NCBI GenBank assembly: GCA_000002445.1
Contig: AE017150.2
Coordinates: forward strand, 768,001 to 832,000
Direction of reading: 5' to 3'
Length of the DNA: 64,000 nucleotides
From: Trypanosoma brucei
Taxonomy: Eukaryota
The notes under the pieces are model-generated. The model had not been told where the DNA came from. It saw only the letters and a program-made list of their open reading frames with translations, and made no database searches. The first letter of the stretch is position 1, and each line of letters starts with the position of its first letter. Below are positions 44,051 to 55,489 of the stretch, piece after piece. The position numbers were made by a program, and so were the translations under genes.

Positions 44051-45739
44051 TTACGCAAGCATGCTTGGCGGATGCCCCTTGTAAAACTGCCACGCCTCCG
44101 CGACCAGATTTTCTAACCAGCCTTGACTGCATTTACTCTCGTCGTCAGGAATGTGCTGCAGCTGCAATGATCGCGTGCCTAATGGGTCTTTCAAAAAATT
44201 CAATATCACATCCACCGGTTGTCCAATTACATTGTCGCGTACGCGCGTGAGCAGCACTGCGCAAACATACGCATGGAAATCATGAACAGTCTCACTATTC
44301 AGCACAGCCATGTACTTTTCCCACAGAAGGACCACCAGACGTAGCGGGAGTTCTCGAGCAAGCAAACAGTGTAGCCACTGGAAGCAACAATCCATAAGAG
44401 TAATGCCTTGTGATGTGATGGCATCGAGCACACCGGGGTCCAACACTATAAGAACCCTTTCCATGAGCGCCAAGGTTCTTCGAATGCCCGGTTGACCCTC
44501 CACAAAGTTATCCTGCAACCACGAAAGGAAGAAAGCCCCACAAAGATATGCATCAGCCTCCGCAGTCCTGAGCACCTCCACTGGAAGTCTCTCCATCGCC
44601 TCCCCAAACTTAGCCACGTCATCAGTGTATACAACAGATGGAGATATGCATGCCCGGAAAGTATTTATTCCACTCCCCCTTACACTCTTCTTAACCGTAT
44701 GCTCGTCACCAGCATAACCACCACCACCACCATAACCGCCGTTCCCAACTTTGTCGCCATCGATCTTTATGCGATCATCAGTATGAATATGTTTTCCGCC
44801 ATGTTCATTACGAGGCAGCTGCTCTTCGCACAACACGCGGCCACCATCACAGCAACAGCAGCAAGCGTTGAATTCCACCACGGCTCCCTCCAGAAATACG
44901 GAGAAAAACACTACCATAATGTCATCAATGCCCTGTACGTATCCCACAGCAGGGTAACGCCGGGACCAGAAGAAAAGACAGCGAGCCAACGCAGACACGG
45001 TTTTTGTATGGCGAAAGACAGCTTGCGTGTGTCTTGGAATGTCTGACGCAATCTGCGAGAGGTTTTTGCGATCGTCAGGCGACAAATGCATCTCCATTAA
45101 AGAGCCACCGCCTTGCTGGCTCCAGTCACTCTGCGAGGCACGCCCACGGGGTTGGAGAAAGTCGGTAATTGTTATGGGACAGCACTTGGCCATGACGTAT
45201 TCGTATTCTTCCCGCTTGCGCCGCAGCTCCGTCTGTTGCCGTCCTGCAGAAGCTGGCGCTGGGGGTACGCAGTCGCAAAGCAGGCGCCAAACGGTGGAGC
45301 GGACGGTTCGATCAATAGAGCCACTCCACGCAAGGTCCCGCACTGTCACACGCCCGTCATCGGCTCTACGTACCGCCACATCTCCCAAAGGCGTGTCCAA
45401 CATTGCCCTAACGGCATCTTCATACAAACTACGGGAGGGAGATTCGTCATATTCATTTATATGAGTGCCCCCATCATGACAAGAGGGATGGGTCGACCCG
45501 CTACTACCGCACGTGGATGTTTCATTCGTATTTCTATTAACAATGTACACCGTTCCCCTTTCGACGGCATGGGAGGCGGCGGTACTCGTCACATCCGCGG
45601 AGGGATTAGTTGTACCGATGGCCGAACTACCATTAGCAGGCACGACCACAAAACCGTAAACGCGGTATAATGTTCCGAGTGGTGCCCGCACAGCAGTGCC
45701 GGGACCTTTCGTTACAACCTTTTGTCGACCTGTTAACAT
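44051..45739 (-). CDS. TBC-domain Rab GTPase-activating protein
   Basis: Arginine-finger motif IASDIPRH (IxxDxxR) and glutamine-finger motif GYVQGIDDI (YxQ) at the expected spacing. The track start is a TTG; the first ATG (MLTGRQKVV) is at 45739. Confidence 0.75.
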   Translation of the reverse strand: MLTGRQKVVTKGPGTAVRAPLGTLYRVYGFVVVPANGSSAIGTTNPSADVTSTAASHAVERGTVYIVNRNTNETSTCGSSGSTHPSCHDGGTHINEYDESPSRSLYEDAVRAMLDTPLGDVAVRRADDGRVTVRDLAWSGSIDRTVRSTVWRLLCDCVPPAPASAGRQQTELRRKREEYEYVMAKCCPITITDFLQPRGRASQSDWSQQGGGSLMEMHLSPDDRKNLSQIASDIPRHTQAVFRHTKTVSALARCLFFWSRRYPAVGYVQGIDDIMVVFFSVFLEGAVVEFNACCCCCDGGRVLCEEQLPRNEHGGKHIHTDDRIKIDGDKVGNGGYGGGGGYAGDEHTVKKSVRGSGINTFRACISPSVVYTDDVAKFGEAMERLPVEVLRTAEADAYLCGAFFLSWLQDNFVEGQPGIRRTLALMERVLIVLDPGVLDAITSQGITLMDCCFQWLHCLLARELPLRLVVLLWEKYMAVLNSETVHDFHAYVCAVLLTRVRDNVIGQPVDVILNFLKDPLGTRSLQLQHIPDDESKCSQGWLENLVAEAWQFYKGHPPSMLA

Positions 45740-46222
45740 GCGCTCAAATTGTGCAACAAATGCTTTCCTTTTATCTTGCTTTACAGTCACAGTTTCACCG
45801 TCCCCTCCACTTTGGTTCGCCAAACCTTGATGGAGTTATTTAGCCTGACTCTTGCAACGACACTAGAGGCGAATGAACAAAAACAAATAAATACAGCCTC
45901 CGATAGAAGGTGTACAAATATGCAGATATAGGTAGGTGTGAGGGGCCAATAAAATAAACTGAGCGAAAATGCAGCACCTGAATGAAGCGCCGGACGGTCG
46001 ATAAGTTCGCTAACGGGCCTAAAACACCTTACACCGTTGGCCTACAAGATTTGTAAGCATACCATACCATAATGTAATGTGAATATGCATACATGCATTG
46101 AGGTCGCAGAAATTTCAAGGGTTGTGGTAATAGGAAAAAAAAGAAGAGTAAACAAGGAGCATAGGAAGTGAAGAGTGGAGGCAAATCGTCAAGCAAACGT
46201 ATACAAATACATGTACTCAAAA

Positions 46223-46249
46223 TATATATATATATAGAGAGAGAGAGAG
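46223..46249. repeat. Compound (TA)n(GA)n microsatellite
   Basis: tatatatatatatatagagagagagagagg, read directly. Confidence 0.9.
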
Positions 46250-46715
46250 GAAGAGAGATGTAGATATAGATATAAGGAGAGTTCGCGGAACACAAGTCAC
46301 AGCAACAGGAAGATATCACCATTGACCACAACAATTAAATAAATAAATATATTCGAACTCCTGGCTTTAGGTGGAGAGAGAAAGTGGATATGAGCATATA
46401 AGAGCCTCCCGTACAGGTAACAGTTTAAGGAGTACGAGAAAGAAAATAAAGCTGATGATGATTATGATAAGCGTGGAGACACGGAAATAAGCCAGCGCAT
46501 AGCATTAACACACATAAACTGCAACACCGAAAAAAAAAAAGTGAAGCATCTCTCATTTCCAGTTACTGCCAAAAAAAAAAAGGAAAAGGGGGAAAAGAAG
46601 AAACCAACCATGCTACAGCGACTTTGAGAAACATAGAAAGGATAACACACCCAAAATATGCCCCTTTCCCTTTCTTTATGTAATTGAATGCAAAAAAGAA
46701 AACATGTACACACAC

Positions 46716-46726
<11 letters not shown>

Positions 46727-46751
<25 letters not shown>
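46727..46751. repeat. (TA)n microsatellite
   Basis: tatatatatatatatatatatatat, read directly. Confidence 0.9.
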
Positions 46752-47361
46752 GCATATATACATGCACCACCTTCATCTAATTTTATTGCTGGCGCGTCCC
46801 TTCATATCCTCCGCTTCACCTTCCTTTCCTTCCTTATTTCCCTTCTCTGATGCATCCATCCGTCCGTTCGTTCATTCATCCATGCACTCACTCACACATT
46901 TTGACACAAAATGTATATATAAATATATATATTTATATATACATGTACAAGCACCTGCACATATTTACAAATGCGTTGATATACACATATATACGTAGGC
47001 ATATGCATTACATTATCCATAAATGTATGTGCACCTGTGCACACAAATCAGAAACTACCGTTTCAGCAACTAAAACTTTCGTGCTTCTTTTTTTTTTAAT
47101 TTTTTTTTTTGCTGTTCAATAAAAGCAATAATAATAACAATAATAACAATAGTAAACGCCATCGCTATCCCGTTGCTTCAACACAATCGCCCCGTGATCG
47201 CTACGACCAGAACCATCACGGGGGTTTTAATCTCTCATCTGCTTTCCATAAATTTCTTTAGCACCGTCATACATCATCATCTCTTCTCCTAATCAACCCA
47301 AACTCCTCTTATCCACTACATTTACATCGTGCACATCAGCTCATTTCCATTTACTCCTCCC

Positions 47362-47386
47362 ATATATATATATATATATATATATA
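47362..47386. repeat. (AT)n microsatellite
   Basis: atatatatatatatatatatatata, read directly. Confidence 0.9.
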
Positions 47387-47787
47387 CAAACACACACGCA
47401 CGCATGCACCTCACCCCTTATTTCATCCCCTCCTTTCCTTCTAATAAAGATATAAACCAAGGAAAAAAAAACAATCAACTCTGAAAGTAGTGATCCTTCA
47501 ACTTCCTCCTTTTCCTTTTTACTTTGTCTTATTATTTCATTTATCGCTTCATTTCTACTTATCTCGCTCATATATATATATATACTCACATACGTACAGA
47601 GGCAATCTTCTTCATGACAATCATCACAGTAACAAAAAAAAATGGTTATAATTAATATATAAACAAAGCAAAGCCCGTTCAGAACGGAAAGAAGACGACA
47701 AATAGGAATAATAAAAGTGGGAAAACAAAAGGAAAACGGAAGGAATATCACCATGTGACAAATAAGAACAAAAAGGAGGAGACGAAC

Positions 47788-48378
47788 TTATTTAGTGAAT
47801 TCCTCCTCTGGTGCACTGTAGTCATAAAATGCCCTGTTGTGCATAATGAGTCGCCCATCAGCGAAGTAAAAACTGTCGCTCGTCATCTCATTGGTGCCCT
47901 TCTCTATTGCCTCGAGCCATTCTGCATTGAATTGCGGCACATCATACACCGCCTCCCATGTATTGCGGGAGTGTGGGATGCAGAAGCCAAATTTAAAATC
48001 AAATGTCTTTACGAGGGTGTTGCGGAAGTAATGTCGTTCAATCATACGAAGATCCGGCACCGGTTTATCGCCGTTGACGCCAAATAAAAGGGTGGCAGAC
48101 ACGCGCTGCTTTCGGAGCATTGATGGCGGGAAGCGGTAAAATATGGTCCGTGCCGCCTGTTGTTGCTCTTCTGGGAGTTGAGCGAGGGATGCCACAGAGG
48201 GATATGTGCTGGCATCTCGCTCTACTTCAAACATAACTTGTTTGGTGTCCGCGTCGCGAACAACGAAGGAATAAAACTCAATATTGTACGTGTTAGCTGT
48301 GATTGGGCAAAGGAACCCAGTGCTCGGTGCCGTCAGCTGCAGCACATGTTCGGGAGTGACCTCGGTCGTCGCAGCCAT
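47788..48378 (-). CDS. UNC119: UNC119 homologue (lipid-binding chaperone of myristoylated ciliary cargo; GMP-PDE-delta fold)
   Basis: [39 protein letters not shown] matches human UNC119 [39 protein letters not shown]. Also ITPEHVLQL / FLCP...[12 protein letters not shown] and [22 protein letters not shown]. The track start is a TTG; the first ATG is at 48378. Confidence 0.88.
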   Translation of the reverse strand: [196 protein letters not shown]

Positions 48379-49168
48379 GATGATAAACAAATCAAATAGG
48401 TTTTAAGCAGCAATAAAACGGTATAAGTATAATAAGTGTGACAAAACTAATCACAGCACACCCACAATAAAATCGAAAAGAAACTCAGGATTTGGAGGGA
48501 AATAATGAAATAAAAATGAAGGACAGAACAAAAAAAAAGGAGTGCAATAAAAATATCCAGACAGAATTTTTTTGTTCCTCTTTATATTTCTTCAAGTTAC
48601 TCCCTTCCTTCTTTGTTACCTTTTTCTCAAGAATGAGAAATAGGAATACTTTTTGCGTTTAGTTTCGTGTTATTATGGTTGGGTTCCCTGTTGTTGTTTT
48701 TGTTGTTTTCGTCCGTGATGTAGAACTTGATTATTATCTTCTTTTTTTTTCTTTTTACCTTGGCAAACGGTAAATAACAAAACGAAACAATCACCTAAAC
48801 AACTGCGAACAGAAAAGAAAAGAGGGCACAAATTAATGGAAATTAAGTAGAAAGCGCCACCTCCCTATTCACGTGCTGCTTCAATGTTCCGCGTCACGCC
48901 GTGGTTGATTTCTTCCTTTTTCTTTTGGTTTCTTTTCCGCTTGAGTATTATTTTTCTTTTTTGTGATAACAACAACACTCTTTCCTTTCCCTTCCCACTT
49001 TCTTGTCTTTTTTTTAAAATCTGTTTTTTTTGTGTGTGTGCTAGTTCGCTTCCTTTCTGTTCGTTATTTTGGTATACTTCTATTAAACAAAAGCAAAAAC
49101 AAAATAATTGGAAAGAAAGTGAGGAGGTGCGGATAAATGAGCGGATGTAAAAAATATTCAAGAAACGG

Positions 49169-49209
49169 ATATATATATATATATTTATTTATTTATTCAT
49201 TCATTCATC
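49169..49209. repeat. Compound (AT)n(ATTT)n(ATTC)n microsatellite
   Basis: atatatatatatatatttatttatttattcattcattcatc, read directly. Confidence 0.9.
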
Positions 49210-50239
49210 AATATGCCACCAACTGACATAAACAGTTGGAAACGTGATAATACGAAATTTTATTTTAAAAAAACTTTTTTTCGTCTTCAAACAATAGAGA
49301 CGGATTCAAATTAAACACACACAGCAAAGGGGGGCGAGAGAAATAGAAGGTTGGGAAAAGATCACAAGAAAGAAATAAAAAAGGACACGAGGCGCGCCAC
49401 AACAAATTTCCTTCCATCTCTCCCAAACAACAAAAACAAAAAAGGTGGAAATTAAAGTGGAATAATAAAGTAAAACGGAATGGAGAAAACACATGAACGG
49501 AAAGCCTACGTGCGCACAGTACAGTTGTGCGAAAAAAACAACATAACAAACATATAAACCTATAAATAAAGATTTATTTCTGCTGTTATTGCTTTTATAT
49601 TTTTTCCTCCTTCTTTCTCCCATTCATCCCTTCCTTTTCCTCCTCCTCCTCCTAAGCCATAAACGCTATTTAACAAAAATGGAGAAAGAAGAACAAGCAA
49701 AAACACAAAAGAAAAAAAAAGTAATAAGAAAAGAGACAAACAACACAAACTTCATCACCAACAAGAGCAAATCACAAAAAGGAAAAAGAAAATCAATTGC
49801 CCTGTCTCTTGTAGTTTTGTCACTTGCCCTTCTCCCTGTATTTTATTCGAATATACTCATCCTTCCCTTCTTATATACATATACATATTTCTCATTCCTC
49901 CTGTCAGAAAAATCCGCAAATTTTAAGACAAAAAGTAGAGAAAAGTAACCGTAAAAACGTATATGTTGATTAATCAATCATTAACCTATATTTAAATACA
50001 GATATATGCTTCAAGACCTTTTCAAAGCCACCAAAGGTAAACAAAAGGTCATTATATAAAAAAAGAACGGAAGCGACACCAAGGGAGGAAAAGCACTCCA
50101 TGAATTATTTAAATAAATGTAAGTAGAGACAAAAAAGATCGTCAAGCTTCCTACCACAACTTTTTACAAAAAAGATACAACAATAGAGGATCCCCGACCA
50201 TTTCTATTTTATCTCCAGTGTGCAATTACCCCGCCCCTT

Positions 50240-51690
50240 TTCATTCCCTTGTAAATGTGACCAAGCCTAAAATACCCACAAGTGCATTTCCTTCCGTAAC
50301 CACTTATTGTCTCCCGTTGCTTAAGAAGTGGTACCAACAATGCGTGACCACTCATGTTCCACATCACCATATTGAATATCTGTAATCGCCTTTAGAACCC
50401 GATGTGTGAGCGAAGCCCCTGGAGCCGGGCATGGAACATTAAGCAACTCTCCCTTATATGACAGTGCTTCCACAGGGGACACAATAGCAGCCGTCCCACA
50501 GCCAAAGCACTCAAGCACACGTTTCTCCCGTAGCGCAGCAGTGAGCTCGTGAATGGTAAAGGAGCGTTCAGATACACGTGCCTCACCCCACTGCCGCACC
50601 AGCGACAAAATGGAATCTCGCGTCACACCGGGGAGGATCGTGCCATCCAACGGCGCAGTTACAAGTTCCACTTCATTTGAATTTGCAGAAGGACGCCAAA
50701 GACACATGAAATTCATTGCTCCCACTTCTTGCACTTCTTCTCCAGCGCCCAGCCATAACACTTGCTGAAAGCCAAGCTCAGACGCTTCCCGCTGCACCAG
50801 CATAGGCGCAGCGTAGTTCGCGCCAAGCTTCACGTTGCCGACCCCACCAGGCCAGGCACGGCGCCGCTCCTCCTCCACATGAAGTCTCACAGGTTTCATC
50901 CCAGAGGGATAATATGGTCCAACAGGTGAAGCAATCACGAATAACTTCGCTGCAGAACCTGCCACTGCGGAGAGTGTGCTTCCAGTCCCAATTACAGTGG
51001 GTCTCAAGTATAGAGAGTAACCACGCTCACTTGGGACGTAATCACGTTCCACTTTCACAAACTCCTCAATTAACTTTTGCAGTTCGTCAGGGTCAAATCC
51101 AGGGAGACATAAGCGTCGTGTGCTGTCCAGTAGCCGTCGACAGTTACGATCCGGGCGGAAGAGTCGGATATTGCCGTGACTGTCGCGATACGCCTTCATG
51201 CCCTCGAAGCATTGAATGGCATAATGTAAGCAAGCAGTCTGCGGCGGCAATGAAAGGTTCTCAAAGGGAACAATACGTGGTTTGCCCCATTTCCCATTCC
51301 CATCTGCATCAATTACCAACATATGTGGGCTGAAAAGAGTACCAAACATAACTCCCTGCAGTGAAGGAAGTGGCGGTGGATTTGCCACGCGTTGAACAGT
51401 GAGGTCCTTGGCGAGGAAAGTCATAATAAACTGTTGTATTTGCCTGTGGTTCCCAAATATCGAAGTTTCTTTTATCAATAAGTTGTTTATCACTGTCGTC
51501 TGTGTTAGGAATGATAATGATAATAGTAAAGTGAGCAAAATAATGAAAGGTTATCATACAACGGTGCACACAAAACAACATGGGTGACGAACCACTGCAT
51601 AAAAACAAAACGACTTAACAAGGTAGTACTAACAAAATAAAAGAAGGACGCCACTAGCAAAAACGTACGCACAGATACTATACACTGCAG
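50240..51690. repeat. Tandem duplication unit, copy 1 (~1.45 kb: BCAT CDS plus ~90 bp 3' flank and ~270 bp 5' flank)
   Basis: Near-identical to 52079..53529; the period is 1839 bp. Identity starts at ttcattcccttgtaaatgtga and ends at cagatactatacactgcagt. The ~390 bp between the copies is unique. Confidence 0.95.
50321..51424 (-). CDS. BCAT: Branched-chain amino acid aminotransferase (PLP fold-type IV), copy 1
   Basis: QCFEGMKAYRDSHGNIRLFRPDRNCRRLLDSTRRLCLP and the surrounding sequence are classic BCAT. 367 aa from the first ATG (MTFLAKDLTVQRV). The track start at 51538 is a TTG. Confidence 0.88.
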   Translation of the reverse strand: MTFLAKDLTVQRVANPPPLPSLQGVMFGTLFSPHMLVIDADGNGKWGKPRIVPFENLSLPPQTACLHYAIQCFEGMKAYRDSHGNIRLFRPDRNCRRLLDSTRRLCLPGFDPDELQKLIEEFVKVERDYVPSERGYSLYLRPTVIGTGSTLSAVAGSAAKLFVIASPVGPYYPSGMKPVRLHVEEERRRAWPGGVGNVKLGANYAAPMLVQREASELGFQQVLWLGAGEEVQEVGAMNFMCLWRPSANSNEVELVTAPLDGTILPGVTRDSILSLVRQWGEARVSERSFTIHELTAALREKRVLECFGCGTAAIVSPVEALSYKGELLNVPCPAPGASLTHRVLKAITDIQYGDVEHEWSRIVGTTS

Positions 51691-52078
51691 TACGGGCAGT
51701 AATTTTGTTAACGATATATCAGGCAATGTGTAACTGTATAATTTTACATGTGGAGTGTAGAGGTGGTAACGGTCGTACTTGCTTCGTTTCAGCATTTAAC
51801 AATGAAATACAATAAAACCAAGCAGCACAACCGGACTTTGCTGAACGGGAACACAAACATATTATACGAGAAAGTACGCACCACATATACTAGCAGGATA
51901 GCTTGTATGGTATCCAAATGAGTTTGCGATATGGCAAAAATTAAAAATAAAATCCGTATCAGAAACAAAAAAATAGATCAACTTAATGGTTGTGAGTAAC
52001 ATGAATTGCCATTCACAGAAACGTTTTTCAAGTCACTTCAATCCAGAATCTAGTTCGTTTTCTTTTACTTCACAATGT

Positions 52079-53529
52079 TTCATTCCCTTGTAAATGTGAC
52101 GAAGCCTAAAATACCCACAAGCGCATTTCCTTCCGTAACCACTTATTGTCTCCCGTTGCTTAAGAAGTGGTACCAACAATGCGTGACCACTCATGTTCCA
52201 CATCACCATATTGAATATCTGTAATCGCCTTTAGAACCCGATGTGTGAGCGAAGCCCCTGGAGCCGGGCATGGAACATTAAGCAACTCTCCCTTATATGA
52301 CAGTGCTTCCACAGGGGACACAATAGCAGCCGTCCCACAGCCAAAGCACTCAAGCACACGTTTCTCCCGTAGCGCAGCAGTGAGCTCGTGAATGGTAAAG
52401 GAGCGTTCAGATACACGTGCCTCACCCCACTGCCGCACCAGCGACAAAATGGAATCTCGCGTCACACCGGGGAGGATCGTGCCATCCAACGGCGCAGTTA
52501 CAAGTTCCACTTCATTTGAATTTGCAGAAGGACGCCAAAGACACATGAAATTCATTGCTCCCACTTCTTGCACTTCTTCTCCAGCGCCCAGCCATAACAC
52601 TTGCTGAAAGCCAAGCTCAGACGCTTCCTGCTGCACCAGCATAGGCGCAGCGTAGTTCGCGCCAAGCTTCACGTTGCCGACCCCACCAGGCCAGGCACGG
52701 CGCCGCTCCTCCTCCACATGAAGTCTCACAGGTTTCATCCCAGAGGGATAATATGGTCCAACAGGTGAAGCAATCACGAATAACTTCGCTGCAGAACCTG
52801 CCACTGCGGAGAGTTTGCTTCCAGTCCCAATTACAGTGGGTCTCAAGTATAGAGAGTAACCACGCTCACTTGGGACGTAATCACGTTCCACTTTCACAAA
52901 CTCCTCAATTAACTTTTGCAGTTCGTCAGGGTCAAATCCAGGGAGACATAAGCGTCGTGTGCTGTCCAGTAGCCGTCGACAGTTACGATCCGGGCGGAAG
53001 AGTCGGATATTGCCGTGACTGTCGCGATACGCCTTCATGCCCTCGAAGCATTGAATGGCATAATGTAAGCAAGCAGTCTGCGGCGGCAATGAAAGGTTCT
53101 CAAAGGGAACAATACGTGGTTTGCCCCATTTCCCATTCCCATCTGCATCAATTACCAACATATGTGGGCTGAAAAGAGTACCAAACATAACTCCCTGCAG
53201 TGAAGGAAGTGGCGGTGGATTTGCCACGCGTTGAACAAAAATTTTTTTGGCGAGGAAAGTCATAATAAACTGTTGTATTTGCCTGTGGTTCCCAAATATC
53301 GAAGTTTCTTTTATCAATAAGTTGTTTATCACTGTCGTCTGTGTTAGGAATGATAATGATAATAGTAAAGTGAGCAAAATAATGAAAGGTTATCATACAA
53401 CGGTGCACACAAAACAACATGGGTGACGAACCACTGCATAAAAACAAAACGACTTAACAAGGTAGTACTAACAAAATAAAAGAAGGACGCCACTAGCAAA
53501 AACGTGCGCACAGATACTATACACTGCAG
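52079..53529. repeat. Tandem duplication unit, copy 2
   Basis: See copy 1. Differs from it by an 11-nt patch (53238-53248) and a few point substitutions. Confidence 0.95.
52160..53263 (-). CDS. BCAT: Branched-chain amino acid aminotransferase, copy 2
   Basis: Identical to copy 1 except N-terminal KIF versus DLT, T-to-K (GSKLS versus GSTLS) and R-to-Q (VQQE versus VQRE). ATG at 53263. Confidence 0.88.
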   Translation of the reverse strand: MTFLAKKIFVQRVANPPPLPSLQGVMFGTLFSPHMLVIDADGNGKWGKPRIVPFENLSLPPQTACLHYAIQCFEGMKAYRDSHGNIRLFRPDRNCRRLLDSTRRLCLPGFDPDELQKLIEEFVKVERDYVPSERGYSLYLRPTVIGTGSKLSAVAGSAAKLFVIASPVGPYYPSGMKPVRLHVEEERRRAWPGGVGNVKLGANYAAPMLVQQEASELGFQQVLWLGAGEEVQEVGAMNFMCLWRPSANSNEVELVTAPLDGTILPGVTRDSILSLVRQWGEARVSERSFTIHELTAALREKRVLECFGCGTAAIVSPVEALSYKGELLNVPCPAPGASLTHRVLKAITDIQYGDVEHEWSRIVGTTS

Positions 53530-54035
53530 TGCAACGAACAACAAGTAATTCTTTTCATAGAGAATGGTGGTGAACTCAAACGTGGGACGAAATAGGATAG
53601 TGGTATATAATGTTAGACCAAATCAGCAAGAAGAAAAACACTCTTCTCTCTCCAGTACCATTTACAACGGCACCTTTATCGTATATATATATATGCTTGT
53701 TTTTTTGTTTTTAATGATTCAACTCCTGCTATATTTTTTACTTATCCTTTAGTTTCGGTCTCCATTTACCGCATTCCACTGCAATAATATGTAATTCCCA
53801 CCCTTGGGCATCTAGAAAAAAATGTTTGCCATTTACTTTTTTATTCGCCCCCTTAAGCTCTTCATCAGGCGAAACACTCGATCAAATGGGGCACGATTTC
53901 CTCTGCTATCCCTCTCGTGAAGCCGCTGCTTTTCCGAACAGTGGTGGTATGCTTAATAAATTGTATGTAACGGGTGTGATGATATTGCAACGGTCACAGT
54001 GACACATGCATGTAACAAATCTTTTAACATATTAA

Positions 54036-54674
54036 TTATGATTTCGAGAAAAAGTATTTCCTCAGTGACGAGACGATTGTCGCCCTCTTACCCGACTGGT
54101 CTGCAGGCAGCTTCGTGCCTTGAGGGGGTCGTAGCATTTGCAGTCCATCAGAAATGCCACATGGTCCTACCTCCACTGAGAGAATTAGCCCTGTGGGCAC
54201 AAGCCATAACATGATCATGAAGACAAACATATTCCCGTAACCAACCACCTCAGACGGCGCGTCTAAAGATACCAGGAGGTGCAGCCACAATACGGACTCT
54301 AAGAGAACAAAGAACCCCATGAACCATGTGAAGGGTTGTAGCAGCGGAAGGAGCGGGAAATGGCGCAAAGCGCGAAGGTACAGCCCATTTGTGATGCAAC
54401 TAACGAGTGAACATAAAAAGTTCATCCGGTCCACTACCATAATGAAGACATGAGCACCCATCACGGCAACCACCAGCACACGGAGGACCTTACCTGCTCG
54501 TGTTGGGAACTCTTCTGCCAAGTCAGAAATCAAATTCATGGCACAGAAGAAACTGAACAAAGCAAAGCAAAACAGTATTCCAGTCATCACCAGCGTTACG
54601 AGATGAAAGGCACCGAAGCCTATTGGTTGCGATAACGAAGAGTAGTCGCGTTCATAAACATCGGGATAAGGCAT
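54036..54674 (-). CDS. TEX261/Svp26-family membrane protein (putative ER-exit cargo receptor)
   Basis: ISDLAEEFPTRAGKVLRVLVV ... NGLYLRALRHFPLLPL resembles human TEX261 [21 protein letters not shown] ... NLVYFGLLQTFPFIML. About 6 hydrophobic helices. ATG at 54674. Confidence 0.55.
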   Translation of the reverse strand: MPYPDVYERDYSSLSQPIGFGAFHLVTLVMTGILFCFALFSFFCAMNLISDLAEEFPTRAGKVLRVLVVAVMGAHVFIMVVDRMNFLCSLVSCITNGLYLRALRHFPLLPLLQPFTWFMGFFVLLESVLWLHLLVSLDAPSEVVGYGNMFVFMIMLWLVPTGLILSVEVGPCGISDGLQMLRPPQGTKLPADQSGKRATIVSSLRKYFFSKS

Positions 54675-54937
54675 TCACTTCCCTTGGTCACACACAAGGC
54701 GCACAAGCACAGATATGATAGAAGGCACAGTTTCACTCTCCTTCTCCTTCACACTCGGCAAGAAACTGCCGGTATTTTAATAACACAAGTTTGACAGGCT
54801 CTCACAAACTTTAACACCGTTTTTGCCCTCCTTTGTCTTGCGGCGTTACCTTTCTAATCACTTTGGTTGAAAGAAGAAGAGGGGAGGTGGAGGGAAATGA
54901 ATGCAGCGGAAAAGAAAAGGATGGACGAGAGAGAGAG

Positions 54938-54961
54938 ACACACACACACACACACACACAA
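54938..54961. repeat. (CA)12 microsatellite, preceded by (GA)6
   Basis: gagagagagacacacacacacacacacacacaaac, read directly. Confidence 0.95.
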
Positions 54962-55489
54962 ACAATCAAACAAACAAGCATATTATGTATGTAAAAGGAT
55001 AAAGAAAAGAGACACCACGAGACAAAAAAGGGAGTGAATACACAACATGGAGCCAGCCAGTAGTGCAGTGAGAGCATCTGGTAGACTGCTTAAAACTTTT
55101 TTAAAAAAAATCTATGCACCACTTCCCACCGTATCACCTGCAACCTTTGCTTCAAAACTTTCGACCGCAACACACAAACACATTTTTGTGGTAACCGTCA
55201 GCCCTCAGCGACCCTGTAAATTAGCATTTTTTTTTTTTCACTTCTTGGTCGCACATGTTGCATGCAGCGTGTGAGCACATGCATTTTTGAAGAAACTTCC
55301 CCATGGGCACCGAGAAGCACATACATACATATATGTATACGTGCTTACCTAAAGATTATCACCTCCCTTATCACCGCGGAACACATTTCCAAAAATCATC
55401 AGCACGAGACTCCCATGAAGTGTCTTTCCATCACATCTCACAATAGAACTACCATTATTTGCATCACTGCATTACGCCTCCATGTACAC

